Below are positions 51,082-61,192 of a stretch of 64,000 bases of DNA, piece after piece. The notes beneath the pieces are model-generated. The model made no database searches. It was not told where the DNA came from and saw only the letters and a list, made by a program, of their open reading frames with translations. The DNA comes from a bacterium (GTDB lineage Bacteria > Oederibacteriota > JAAXVQ01 > JAUVAV01). Position 1 is the first letter of the stretch. Each line of letters begins with the position of its first letter. Location: NCBI GenBank assembly GCA_021108215.1, contig JAIORK010000036.1, positions 22,948 to 86,947 of the forward strand, read 5' to 3'. Made by a program: the position numbers and the translations under genes.

Positions 51082-51540
51082 TTATTTCCGTTTTCGGTTG
51101 AGCACCAAAATGCGCTGCGCCTCGGAAAGCAGCATCTCTAATTTTTCGAGCTCACCAGGTGCCAGTTTCCCTTCGCGAGTGATCTCCTCACAAACTTTAA
51201 GCACAAACATAAGATGCCCGCCAATTTTAGGATCCAATTTTTTTTCGGATTGTACCATAGCCTTGACACCATAAATAATTTTTGCCAAGCGGTCCCGTTC
51301 ATCCATGGTAAAGCGGCTGCTCGATTTTCGCAACTCACTCTCGAGTGTTTGCGAGGTTGCCATCACACTAATCTTGATAAACCGGGCTTTGTTAAGCTGT
51401 ACAAATCCCACAATACTGATAATTACCACTGCAAAAAAAACAGCACTCCCCACCACCCAGGCGGAAAAAGAAGACTTGCCGCGCGCCGGGACCTTCTTCT
51501 GCTGAGTCTTTTCTTTTTTGCTTCTTTGTTTCTTTCCCAT
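51082..51540 (-). CDS. Hypothetical single-pass membrane protein
   Basis: A Lys-rich N-terminus is followed by one TM helix and a helical C-terminus. It lies between nadE and rsmI in one operon. Confidence 0.4.
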   Translation of the reverse strand: MGKKQRSKKEKTQQKKVPARGKSSFSAWVVGSAVFFAVVIISIVGFVQLNKARFIKISVMATSQTLESELRKSSSRFTMDERDRLAKIIYGVKAMVQSEKKLDPKIGGHLMFVLKVCEEITREGKLAPGELEKLEMLLSEAQRILVLNRKRK

Positions 51541-51574
51541 ACCGCTTCCTCTCTTTTAAAAAAAACGACCCGAT

Positions 51575-52876
51575 TTAGAGCCCACCGGAGCGCGGGATCG
51601 TCGCGTCCGTTAAGTCCACCCGGGGTGCGAGACGACCCGCCCGAACAGCATTTTGCATGCAGTGATAAATCCAGAGAAGTTTATTTTCATCCATCCCGAT
51701 TTTCCTTAGATGCGCGAGTGAAATACGCACATCAGCAATCTGATAAAGATAATAATCCACTTCCTTCCAGACCAACTCTGCAGACCGGGAGGTTCGATAA
51801 GGCGCTTCCACCAATAATGATTGCTCCTGAATAACTTTGGGAACATTCAAGACACGCGCCAGTTCAATAAGCTGACTTAGATAGACATCTTCCAATGGAT
51901 TGATATCATACGCCAAATCACCAAAGCGGGTGCCATACCCCAACAACCGCTTGGTTTTATTCATACTGCCAATGACCAAAGCATTATTGGCATCCGCCAA
52001 TTCGTACAATGCCAGCATCCGAACACGCGCAATTTTCTTCTTCTTTTCTCCGACCAGCCCGGATCCATTGGTAAAACTATTTTGCAGCCGCGGCCGCAGA
52101 TCGTGCATTGCCAACTGGTTTTTCAAACCACGGCTGATCAAATCAGCCCGGGCGCGTGTGGCTGCGCTTTTTTCGGTTTCAATAAAATGAACAAACCGGA
52201 CTTTTTCTCTTCCCAGCGCAGCCATCACCAACGCAGCGGTGACTGCCGAGTCCAATCCGCCGGAAATGCCCAAACATACGCTTTGTTTGCCGGAATGTTC
52301 AAATTGTTCTTTAATGAATGCTACAATCCGCTCACGGGCAACCTTGGTATCAACCCCCGGAAATTTTAGATTCCGCAAACCCACCGGAACCTCTCCGGTA
52401 AAGCTTTTGATCGCTTGGGCATGTTCCTGAAAAAAAAGATTCGAAAAATCCATTTCCACAATGCCTTCAAACGCTGAAAAATCCTGAAATCTATCCGTAC
52501 GCTGTTTGGGCCGGCGATTGGCGGTTCCGCCGCGATTATGATAGCTCTTTCGCTGCACTGGTTTTTTTTCATCCCTCTGTACCGGACGCGGTGCGCTCGC
52601 TGCTTTCTCCGGAACGGGGTTTGAACGCGGCGGACTTGCCGTGTTCTCCATCGCAGGTCTTGGATGCGGAACACTCCTTGCTTTCTCCGGTGCAGACATC
52701 GGGCGGGGCGCTTTCGACGGTTGCTTCGCCGTCAACCCCGTGTTCCCATCTTTTGGAACCAATGGTTTTTTTCGCCATTCACGATAAGGACGGCGTCTGC
52801 GTTTGGTCGCTCCGGCTGGTTTTTTCTCTCCAGACGGCGTGTTCGGTTTTCTTTCTGACTGTCCCTCTTCGAGCAT
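51575..52876 (-). CDS. nadE: NH3-dependent NAD+ synthetase with a ~140-aa basic Pro-rich N-terminal extension
   Basis: The PP-loop is SGGLDSAV. The canonical NadE region starts about residue 142. The full-length frame is open and has an AGGAG RBS 6 nt before the ATG at 52876. Confidence 0.75.
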   Translation of the reverse strand: MLEEGQSERKPNTPSGEKKPAGATKRRRRPYREWRKKPLVPKDGNTGLTAKQPSKAPRPMSAPEKARSVPHPRPAMENTASPPRSNPVPEKAASAPRPVQRDEKKPVQRKSYHNRGGTANRRPKQRTDRFQDFSAFEGIVEMDFSNLFFQEHAQAIKSFTGEVPVGLRNLKFPGVDTKVARERIVAFIKEQFEHSGKQSVCLGISGGLDSAVTAALVMAALGREKVRFVHFIETEKSAATRARADLISRGLKNQLAMHDLRPRLQNSFTNGSGLVGEKKKKIARVRMLALYELADANNALVIGSMNKTKRLLGYGTRFGDLAYDINPLEDVYLSQLIELARVLNVPKVIQEQSLLVEAPYRTSRSAELVWKEVDYYLYQIADVRISLAHLRKIGMDENKLLWIYHCMQNAVRAGRLAPRVDLTDATIPRSGGL

Positions 52877-52900
52877 GTTTTCTCCTAAAAAAAATATAGT

Positions 52901-53761
52901 CTAATAGCCTAAAGCTGCCAGCGAATCCAAATTTCGACGCGCGGTTTCATTTTTTTGATCAAGCTTCAGGGACAACTCCCATTCTTGCCGGGCCCGTTGG
53001 TAACGTCCCTGTTTAAAAAAAGCGGTCCCCCAATTGTTATGCGCCACGGAAAGACCGGGATCAAGACTCACTGCCTGTTCAAACGCCGCAATGGCATCAT
53101 CCAAACGTCCAACCTTGAGATAAACACTACCGAGATTATTATACACCCGCGCATCCCGGGGGTTGAGGCGCAAAACCTGCTGAAACTGCAGGATCGCTTC
53201 CGCATAGTTTCCTTGCTTGTAATAAACCAGCCCCAAAGAACGATGGGCCTCAAAATCACGCGGACGTTGCCGGGTCATTTTCTGGTATTGCGCAGCTGCT
53301 TTGTCATCTTCGCCCTGATCTGAATAAAGTTTTGCCAGTTGCGCATTGGCTTCCATGTGCCCGGGTCGTAGTTTAAGCGTTTTTTGCCAGGATTCAAATG
53401 CATCGCTGATTTTTCCCTCAGCCCGGTATTTTTCACCGCGCCGAAAATAAGTGTCTGCCAATTCTCCGGCAATGCCGGTATGCTCTAAATGTGCAGACTG
53501 TGCCTGTTCCAGGACGCGTACAGCCTCATCCGCCAATCCTTTTTTTTCCAGAACCCTGGACAACCGCATGCTGACATCCACATGCTTCGGTTCCTGTTCC
53601 AAAGCCCGGTAATAGGCGGCAATGGCTTCATCAATTTTTCCGGCAGACTCCAATTCACCGGCGTTTTTTACATGTCCGCCCAGAGAAGCACATCCCGCCA
53701 GCAGCAGCATGACAAAACCGGGAAGAAGTATTATTTGTATTTTCTTAAAAAAAGTGTTCAT
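52901..53761 (-). CDS. TPR-repeat lipoprotein
   Basis: It has the lipobox LLAGC and about seven TPR repeats. Confidence 0.6.
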   Translation of the reverse strand: MNTFFKKIQIILLPGFVMLLLAGCASLGGHVKNAGELESAGKIDEAIAAYYRALEQEPKHVDVSMRLSRVLEKKGLADEAVRVLEQAQSAHLEHTGIAGELADTYFRRGEKYRAEGKISDAFESWQKTLKLRPGHMEANAQLAKLYSDQGEDDKAAAQYQKMTRQRPRDFEAHRSLGLVYYKQGNYAEAILQFQQVLRLNPRDARVYNNLGSVYLKVGRLDDAIAAFEQAVSLDPGLSVAHNNWGTAFFKQGRYQRARQEWELSLKLDQKNETARRNLDSLAALGY

Positions 53762-53846
53762 TGGTTAACAAAACCACCCTGTCCTGTTCCCCCGGCCCCA
53801 AATCCGGTGTTGGTTGCTTCTACGGTAGCAGATCGTTTTAGGCTTG

Positions 53847-54815
53847 TCAAGAAAGCGGCCCTGCCGCCATGCTGTCCAGCACAGCTAAAAATGCCGCCTC
53901 TGTCTCACAGGTATTCACCTGTCGCCGGTAAACCGACGCACCCCGCAATCCTTTCAGATACCAAGCTGTATGCTTGCGCATTTCCAGGCGCGCCGTGTGC
54001 CCGCCTTTGAGCGCCTTCAATTGTTGATAATGTCCACGAATAATCCCCACACGCTCATTCCAGCCTGGTTCCAAAAGCGTCTCGCCGGTTTGAAGATATT
54101 GATTGATGTTCTGAAAAACCCAGGGACGTCCCATGGCACCGCGCCCCACCATCACGGCGGCACAGCCGGTCTGATCAAGCATGGCCTTGGCATCCGGGCC
54201 GCTTAGTATATCACCATTGCCTATCACCGGAATGGTCACGACATTGACCACATCTTGAATATGCCGCCAATCGGCCCGCCCCTCAAACCGTTGCGCACGG
54301 GTCCGCGCGTGCACCGCAATAGCCGCTGCCCCCGCAGCTTCAACCCGCTGTGCAATCTCAATCGCGTTGATGGCGGACTGATCCCATCCTATTCGAATTT
54401 TGACAGTAACAGGTACCGGACATTTTTTGACACATGCGACCACAATGGACTGAAGCAATGCCGGTTCTTTGAGAAGTGCAGAGCCGCCGCGATGACGGAC
54501 CACTTTGGGCACCGGACAGCCGAAATTAAGATCCACCATATCTGCTCCGGCTTGCGCTAACTTAACAGAGGCTTCGGCCATGATATCGGGATCTGCACCA
54601 AATAGTTGAAATGCCAAGGGATGCTCTTCTGCCTCTGTTGCCAGCATTTTCAGGGTATTGGGCTGGTTGCGCATAATGCCGTGACAGCTGAGCATTTCCG
54701 AGTAAACCAGTGCCGCGCCATAACCACGGCACAATCTCCGAAAAGGAAGATTTCCCACACCGGCCAATGGCGCCAGGACTGCCTGCCCCTTTATTTTCAA
54801 ATTGCCTATATCCAT
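53847..54815 (-). CDS. dusB: tRNA-dihydrouridine synthase
   Basis: It has a TIM barrel with the catalytic Cys region (LNFGCP) and an FMN-binding pattern. Confidence 0.85.
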   Translation of the reverse strand: MDIGNLKIKGQAVLAPLAGVGNLPFRRLCRGYGAALVYSEMLSCHGIMRNQPNTLKMLATEAEEHPLAFQLFGADPDIMAEASVKLAQAGADMVDLNFGCPVPKVVRHRGGSALLKEPALLQSIVVACVKKCPVPVTVKIRIGWDQSAINAIEIAQRVEAAGAAAIAVHARTRAQRFEGRADWRHIQDVVNVVTIPVIGNGDILSGPDAKAMLDQTGCAAVMVGRGAMGRPWVFQNINQYLQTGETLLEPGWNERVGIIRGHYQQLKALKGGHTARLEMRKHTAWYLKGLRGASVYRRQVNTCETEAAFLAVLDSMAAGPLS

Positions 54816-54852
54816 TCCTGTCCCTTACTACCAAAAGGCTGTACCCTAATAA

Positions 54853-55176
54853 TTAGTCTACCAACATTTCATTGATCACCGCTTTAATTTGCAGACGGGT
54901 TTTGGCACTTAGCTTTCCAATCTTTTTAACCAATCGGCGTTTGTCAACGGTCCGGATTTGATCAAGAACAACCCATCCTTTTTTATTCTGAAATGTCAGA
55001 CCAACTCTGGTGGGATATTTCTTTGATTGTGTGGTCATTGGCGCAATAATAACAGTTGAAATATACCGATTCATTTCATCAGGAGAAATGACAACACAGG
55101 GTCTGGTTTTCTTGATCTCATGACCCATTGCAGGATCCAGACAAATAAGATAAATATCATATTGAGTGATCACCAC
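54853..55176 (-). CDS. mazF: MazF/PemK-family endoribonuclease toxin
   Basis: The 107-aa product reads YDIYLICLDPAMGHEIKKTRPCVVIS... Confidence 0.8.
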   Translation of the reverse strand: MVITQYDIYLICLDPAMGHEIKKTRPCVVISPDEMNRYISTVIIAPMTTQSKKYPTRVGLTFQNKKGWVVLDQIRTVDKRRLVKKIGKLSAKTRLQIKAVINEMLVD

Positions 55177-55418
55177 TTCCAGTCACCTTTATCCAGATCA
55201 AGATAATCATCAATAAGCAGGGTATCTTGTTTATTATTGTTCATTGCCAAAAACTTTGCATCCCAGTCTTTCCGAATATCTTTTTTGACTGGTTTTAAAA
55301 CGATACGGTCACTGGTTATTTCGGCATCAACTTGCTCGCCGATATGACATTGCCGCAAAATAGCTTTTGGCAATCGAACACCTCTGGAATTTCCAATTTG
55401 TATAATATCAATCCGCAT
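55170..55418 (-). CDS. mazE: MazE/AbrB-family antitoxin
   Basis: The SpoVT/AbrB swapped-hairpin region is MRIDIIQIGNSRGVRLPKAIL. A GGGAGG RBS precedes the internal ATG, and the gene overlaps the mazF start by 7 nt. Confidence 0.7.
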   Translation of the reverse strand: MRIDIIQIGNSRGVRLPKAILRQCHIGEQVDAEITSDRIVLKPVKKDIRKDWDAKFLAMNNNKQDTLLIDDYLDLDKGDWKW

Positions 55419-55548
55419 TGTATTCACCTCCCTTACTTCAAATGTAATTATATTGTAATTACATTTGTTTGTCAAGCATTCATGCCTATCATCGCTATAG
55501 CGCCGGCACGAAGGACGAAAATGCAAGTCGGCTATATGCATATCTGTC

Positions 55549-58500
55549 TCACCGACTGTATTTTTGCAAAATATTGCGAAACTCCATAAATCCTTTGCTT
55601 AATAAATAATTACAAAACTCTTCTGCTCTCTTTTTACTCGCTTGATGATTCTTACTGAAAACACTCTCGAGTATCGCCATAATCTCATCCTGATGAAACG
55701 CAATGAAATTTATTTCATTTTCCGCTAAAGCTACTAATATTTTAACAACTTCAGTTGGATAAGTTTCAACCATTGTTTTAAGTTGTTCCATAATTGGTGG
55801 AATTGCTTCGATATGCTTGGTTTTTTCCAGCACAAATAATAATTGATCAATCGCCCACTGCGAGTCACACTTCCCGGATCCAAACCAATGCCCAAACGCC
55901 GACATTTCATTCAAAAAGATTTCCGGACTCGTTGATAAAAAAAGCATTTTGCATCGCTTTTCCCACATTTTTTTTATGCGCTGCATTTCCATAGCTGATA
56001 AATTTTCCGTGCTCCCTAATATATCAAAACCGATCATTTGCATTGCTGTCCCTCTTAATTCATCCGGCGCTCTTTTCCAAAAATTTATAAAAATATCCGA
56101 TTCTAATTCCAGTTTTCCGCGAATATAAAACAACATCAGATGCCAAGCCAATCGCTTATCTTTTTCTTCCGCAACATCCTCAATTTCGTTGACTGCCCGA
56201 GCATACTCTGTTTTCAATATTTCAAAAACATTATCATAGGGCTGACACAACAAAATATATGCCTTCCAGGCCACAGCCCAATATTCACGTTCCCTCTCAT
56301 CTTCCGGGAATATCCGGGTCCGTGCTTTGGCTGACCATTCCGGTTTTACTTTTGCCAGCCAAGGAAACCAACGCCCGTATACCGAATGAATAGCCAAGCT
56401 GGAATCTTGCGTATGATCAAGATGTTTATCCAAAATCTTTTCAATTTCAGGCATCATTTCTTCTCTTTTATCCTCTTCAAAATCATCTGTTTGACTCTGG
56501 ATTTTATTTCTGTAAATCCACCACATATAATTCATAACTGCATGCATGGCTTTTCCGCGGGTAGAATTGATTGAACGGGAATATGGTTCCATGTCATGTG
56601 TGTTTTCATATTCACTTGTCGGATCCGAATCTTCGGTTAATGGCTCTAAAACAGTCCAAACGCTTTTCCGTAGCTTTAAGGGGATTAAATTTTTACGCAT
56701 ACCTTCAACCAGGCAGTCTGCTATCTCCCCCCTGGCTTGGCCCCTATCGTCCGCATTTTCCTCTTTTATTTCGCGTGACTGTCGCATCCACTGACCAAGT
56801 TCCAGCATAGACGCCCACTCCAGCTTTGTATTGGTATTACGGATCACTTCTTTAAATCCAAATAATATCCAAAATAAATAATTTGAAGTATATGGACTGG
56901 TAAGCCGGGTAAATTGCCGTGCCTCGACAGAATACAATTCAGGCCTGGCTTGCACCAAAGACGACAGCATTTGCGCCAATCCTTCCGCAGAAACGTCTCT
57001 GACTTCTGCTGATGGTTTCCAAGCGTTTAAAAATTCAACCAGCTTCTCAATTGGCAAGGCGGCTAACTCGTCCAGGGTTTTTGGGCTGGATTCCCATCCC
57101 CCCTCCACTACAACTCCGGTGTTTCTCTTTTTCTCCGCTACACCATATTCTTGAACTAATTTCGTATAATAAGGCTGCCATGCCGCTGGCAAAGCTTGGC
57201 CAAACCTGGCCAGACAATCCCTTTGCCAGTGCCGGCGAACTTGCTCAGCCTCATCTTTCCCGGGTTTTCTGTACCTCTTGTCAAAATCCGGCCCGTCTTC
57301 AACCCATTTTAAGATCATCGCCTGTTTATCCTGCGGTAAAAATCCAAAACCCTTTTCCAGCAGCGGTCCATATTCATCCCAGCATTCACCACTTGCAAAT
57401 AACGCCTTGTCTGATAAATATTTATCTGTCAGTTCCGGCGCTGACCCGGGACAAAGGCTTAATAAATGAAGCGCTATCCGCTTGAAAAGCATCCATGGTT
57501 TCTCGCTTGAAATTTTTACCAAAACATCAATACCTATAGTCGCATCCAATTGCGTGCCTGTCTTTAATATCAAATCGATTAGAATATTTCTAAGCTCGTA
57601 CATCTCATATTGCATTGGTTTTTCAATCTCCGGGCGCCAAAAAAAAGAATAATCATTATTATTTTCCGGTTCCTCATCCTTGGCTTGTGAATATCTCAAT
57701 GCCATATCCAACATCTCGCATAGCCATCGGAACACAGGAACACCGGTTGACTTTGCAAGTTCCGGAATAATCTTCTCCGTTATCTCTTTATACCGGGAAA
57801 TTTCTACTCTTGTTTTCGGATGCGGGCCATCCCAATAGCGCTCTGCGTTTTCTTTGCTCTTCTGCCAGCGAGGATCCGGGAGTATTACCAGCATTTTTTT
57901 CGCCAGCCCGAAAGCTTCCTCCGCTTTTCCTGCCAAAGTATAATACAGGACCAGTTCAGCCAAATGCTTGTCAAGCGGATAAAACAAATATTCATTTACC
58001 ATCCACTTGGCTGCTTTATCTATTAAACTCATAGCTATATCAATCGGCAGATTCAGCGTTGCTTTAACCAAACCATCAATAACATAGACATTTTGTGTGT
58101 CAGGGATGATTAAAATAATATCCGCAACTGCTTGGGGCGCTATTTTGGCCATCCGCACTAAATAACCGGATTCCGCCCAAAATGGAAACGTTATGGAACC
58201 ATCTTCATTTTGTAGCAGCTCCGGGGGACTTCGAAAAACTGATGTATCTTTTAGCCGTGCAAGCCATTTTGGATTAGAGCATCTTTCAAAAAAGTATTTG
58301 CGTATAAAATAGACATCAGGAATTTCTTTGTAGAGTTTTTCCGCATCCTTAGAAGTCGGATTATCTTTTTCCAGTAATTTATCCAGTTCGGCAATCAATC
58401 CCGAGCTATGATTGCGCAACGCATGTAAAATCCGCTTCAAATAAACATCCATGTCCGACAAGTTTTTTTCCAGATCACTTGGAGTCATTCGCGGAGCATC

Positions 58501-59391
58501 CAATCTATCTCGGTGCGCTATTTTTTGCAGGGTTCCAGGCTTTACAAACCACTGCAATTCATCTTCTTCTCTCTCTCCTGTTAATTCTTTTAACAACCTC
58601 TCTATTTCTTTTTTATGCGCATCATGTTCACCTTGTTTTTTTTCTATATCCAGATAAAGTCTCAACACATCCCTGATACTGCTTTCAATTTCTCTAAGCA
58701 AATGCCCCAGCAAATGCGAGCGAGTCTTTAATTCCCCTCCATTTCGTCTTATCCAGCAAATATCCCAATAAAACGCTTCTGCTCCAGGCCCGGCCAGTTC
58801 TTTTAAGTCCTCATAGACTTGTCTTTGGATGCCATCTAATTGAAAATTTTGCTGCGGTCCTAGGGGCATCTCTGCTGCTTTTTTGTCCACCTGCTCAGGC
58901 AATTTTCCCAGCTCTAATATCTTTTCCAATTTCGCAAGCGTCGCAATTGTGATATTTTTTTTCCCTTTTTCAAGAGCGGAAATATCCGGCTGCTTTAAAC
59001 CTGTGCGGCGGGCCAAATCTGCTTGTGTCCAACCCTTCTGTTCTCTGGCCTGTTTTATTTTTCTTCCAATTACCTGATTCTCTTCAGCCGGCGCACCTTT
59101 AATCCGCTTGTTTTTACCTTTTTTTTGTTCAAGCAGTTCATAAACACGCTCCCACTTGGCATAATAATCCGGCGCCTCACTGGTGCGCTTCCATTCCCGC
59201 CGGATTTTCGGCCACACTTCAGTAAATTGCTCTTTTGTGATGAAGGTAAAAATGTCTTTGGGGCGATCATTGCGTGTTAAAACACGGATAATTTTTTTCG
59301 GAAAATCAGGATGTTCAGGAATCTTAAGGATTCGCTCCGTTTCCTTCAAGGCATCTTCCGGCAAATCCCAAAAATAATCTCCGATCTTCAT
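55549..59391 (-). CDS. Large (1280 aa) protein with an embedded XRE-type HTH (residues ~105-165) and a ~1100-aa alpha-helical repeat region of unknown function
   Basis: The HTH is GRKIKQAREQKGWTQADLARRTGLKQPDISALEKGKKNITIATLAKL. The remainder is helical with no recognised catalytic motif. Its ATG overlaps the stop of the upstream NTase gene (ATGA). Confidence 0.5.
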   Translation of the reverse strand: MKIGDYFWDLPEDALKETERILKIPEHPDFPKKIIRVLTRNDRPKDIFTFITKEQFTEVWPKIRREWKRTSEAPDYYAKWERVYELLEQKKGKNKRIKGAPAEENQVIGRKIKQAREQKGWTQADLARRTGLKQPDISALEKGKKNITIATLAKLEKILELGKLPEQVDKKAAEMPLGPQQNFQLDGIQRQVYEDLKELAGPGAEAFYWDICWIRRNGGELKTRSHLLGHLLREIESSIRDVLRLYLDIEKKQGEHDAHKKEIERLLKELTGEREEDELQWFVKPGTLQKIAHRDRLDAPRMTPSDLEKNLSDMDVYLKRILHALRNHSSGLIAELDKLLEKDNPTSKDAEKLYKEIPDVYFIRKYFFERCSNPKWLARLKDTSVFRSPPELLQNEDGSITFPFWAESGYLVRMAKIAPQAVADIILIIPDTQNVYVIDGLVKATLNLPIDIAMSLIDKAAKWMVNEYLFYPLDKHLAELVLYYTLAGKAEEAFGLAKKMLVILPDPRWQKSKENAERYWDGPHPKTRVEISRYKEITEKIIPELAKSTGVPVFRWLCEMLDMALRYSQAKDEEPENNNDYSFFWRPEIEKPMQYEMYELRNILIDLILKTGTQLDATIGIDVLVKISSEKPWMLFKRIALHLLSLCPGSAPELTDKYLSDKALFASGECWDEYGPLLEKGFGFLPQDKQAMILKWVEDGPDFDKRYRKPGKDEAEQVRRHWQRDCLARFGQALPAAWQPYYTKLVQEYGVAEKKRNTGVVVEGGWESSPKTLDELAALPIEKLVEFLNAWKPSAEVRDVSAEGLAQMLSSLVQARPELYSVEARQFTRLTSPYTSNYLFWILFGFKEVIRNTNTKLEWASMLELGQWMRQSREIKEENADDRGQARGEIADCLVEGMRKNLIPLKLRKSVWTVLEPLTEDSDPTSEYENTHDMEPYSRSINSTRGKAMHAVMNYMWWIYRNKIQSQTDDFEEDKREEMMPEIEKILDKHLDHTQDSSLAIHSVYGRWFPWLAKVKPEWSAKARTRIFPEDEREREYWAVAWKAYILLCQPYDNVFEILKTEYARAVNEIEDVAEEKDKRLAWHLMLFYIRGKLELESDIFINFWKRAPDELRGTAMQMIGFDILGSTENLSAMEMQRIKKMWEKRCKMLFLSTSPEIFLNEMSAFGHWFGSGKCDSQWAIDQLLFVLEKTKHIEAIPPIMEQLKTMVETYPTEVVKILVALAENEINFIAFHQDEIMAILESVFSKNHQASKKRAEEFCNYLLSKGFMEFRNILQKYSR

Positions 59392-60110
59392 GAGAGTTCA
59401 CCCTCCAAAAACGCGCTCAATTCATCATCTAAATGACGGATAATCATTTTTGATTTGAGTTTGCGGTCATAAATGGCATCAGCATAATCCAAATAATCTT
59501 GCTCAAACTTTTGGGTTGAAAATCTCTTGCGCCACCCTATCATCGTTCGCTGATAGGTGCGTGGAATCGTTTTTAAAAATGAATGTAATGGCTCGATCTT
59601 TTTGGACAAATAATAGAGATCAATAACATCACGCGGGACATTTCGACCAACAGCTTGCGGTTCTCCATGTCCATTCTTCTCAGGTACAATTCCGGTAATC
59701 GCGATTATTTTTTGAAAATAAATCCGATTGACATCATACACCGGTATACCCTTAATTTTCTTAATAAAATTTTCCCTGGTTAGCTGCGGAAGGACATCTT
59801 CTACGAAATCAAGTTTCAATGATTCGGAAGTTTTCTCTATAGGGATGGTATAAAAATGAACATTCATTTTCCCGGGATGAGTAATTTCATCCTTGAATTC
59901 CGGTTTGTATCCACCTTTTTTTATTTCTTCAAGAATCGAAACAATTTCCCCATAATTAAACTCAAGTGAAAAGAAATCCAGATCGCGTGAAAAACGATGT
60001 TGAAGATAAAAAATCTCCAATGCCGTCCCGCCGGCCAAAGCAAAATTCCCGGGATTTTTGGAAAATAAGTTCAAAATTTCCAGATGTAATTTTCGCAGTC
60101 TTTTATTCAC
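59388..60110 (-). CDS. Nucleotidyltransferase of the AbiEii/AbiGii toxin family (DUF1814-like)
   Basis: The N-terminal NTase-fold motif is ALAGGTALEIFYLQHRFSRDLDFF, i.e. GG..L....HR.S.DLD. It is 240 aa. Confidence 0.5.
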   Translation of the reverse strand: MNKRLRKLHLEILNLFSKNPGNFALAGGTALEIFYLQHRFSRDLDFFSLEFNYGEIVSILEEIKKGGYKPEFKDEITHPGKMNVHFYTIPIEKTSESLKLDFVEDVLPQLTRENFIKKIKGIPVYDVNRIYFQKIIAITGIVPEKNGHGEPQAVGRNVPRDVIDLYYLSKKIEPLHSFLKTIPRTYQRTMIGWRKRFSTQKFEQDYLDYADAIYDRKLKSKMIIRHLDDELSAFLEGELS

Positions 60111-60124
60111 ATCAACACCGCCAA

Positions 60125-60175
60125 CAAAATATAGCTTATATGCTATATTGATTATAGTTTAAAAGCTATATTTTG
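60125..60175. promoter_or_regulatory. 13-bp perfect palindrome (candidate operator) upstream of the NTase operon
   Basis: caaaatatagctt and aagctatattttg are exact reverse complements separated by 25 bp of AT-rich DNA with internal ctatat direct repeats. It lies 15-65 bp upstream of the NTase start. Confidence 0.4.
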
Positions 60176-61192
60176 TCAACTATCCATTGAAGCAAGATTG
60201 GCATAAGCCGGCAAATCCCAAGCAGAGCGCCGACCCGCTGCCAAATAGCGCGCGCCTACGGATGCTATCATGGCGGCGTTGTCTGTACACCACTCCACCG
60301 GCGGGCTAAAAAACGGGATACCCTCTTGATGTGCGGCCGCAGAAAACGCCTCCCGCAAAGACCGGTTGGCGGCAACCCCGCCGGTCAGTACCAAAGCATG
60401 TACCTCATGCTTTTGAATAACCGCCAGGGTTTTGCGTACCAAATCCTCAATAACCGTCTTTTGAAACCCGGCGGCAATCTCTGCCGCCACCAATTCTTTT
60501 CCTGCTTTACGACTGCTCTCGAGCAAATAACGAACCGCAGTTTTTATCCCGGAATAGGAAAAATCCGCAGACCCGTCTTTCATACGCGGAAGGGTGAACC
60601 GAATACCGGATTGCGGGTGATTCTTGGCTGCCGCCTCAATGGCCGGACCACCGGGATATGGCATCCCCAACAATTTGGCAACTTTATCAAATGCCTCCCC
60701 CACCGCATCATCCCGGGTACTGGCCAGCAATTCATACTCCGGAAGATCGCCCGCTGTCACCAGATAAAGATTAGTATGTCCGCCGGATGCAACCAGCCCG
60801 ACAAAGGGATAGGGTAAAGCGGGATGATTCAATTCCGAAGCAAACAGATGGCCTTCCAGATGGTTAATGCCAATAAAAGGCAGTTGACGTGCAAAAGCAG
60901 CTGCCTTGGCCCATGTCAACCCAACCAATAAAGCACCCATAAGACCGGGACCGCAGGTGGCGGCAATGCCGTCAATATCATCCCAGGATAACCCGGCCTG
61001 AGAAAATGTCTCATCAATGACCCGGGGTAGATCGCGCAGATGCTGCCGCGAGGCAAGCTCCGGAACCACCCCGCCATAAGGCGCATGCACCTTGAGCTGC
61101 GATGCCACAACAGAGGCAAGCACTTCCCGCTGCTCTGTGACCACGGCTGCTGATGTTTCATCACAAGATGATTCAATGCCGAGTATTTTCAT
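60176..61192 (-). CDS. tsaD: tRNA N6-adenosine threonylcarbamoyltransferase
   Basis: It reads MKILGIESSCDETSAAVV. Two metal-binding His lie in the HLEGHL context. Confidence 0.9.
   Translation of the reverse strand: MKILGIESSCDETSAAVVTEQREVLASVVASQLKVHAPYGGVVPELASRQHLRDLPRVIDETFSQAGLSWDDIDGIAATCGPGLMGALLVGLTWAKAAAFARQLPFIGINHLEGHLFASELNHPALPYPFVGLVASGGHTNLYLVTAGDLPEYELLASTRDDAVGEAFDKVAKLLGMPYPGGPAIEAAAKNHPQSGIRFTLPRMKDGSADFSYSGIKTAVRYLLESSRKAGKELVAAEIAAGFQKTVIEDLVRKTLAVIQKHEVHALVLTGGVAANRSLREAFSAAAHQEGIPFFSPPVEWCTDNAAMIASVGARYLAAGRRSAWDLPAYANLASMDS

Noticed and set aside
52082-52778. Small ORFs (52082-52369 +, 52366-52674 -, 52569-52778 -) within the nadE N-terminal extension region
   Set aside because: They overlap the in-frame nadE extension, which has a strong RBS. 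They have no RBS themselves and are Arg/Pro-rich artefacts of local composition.
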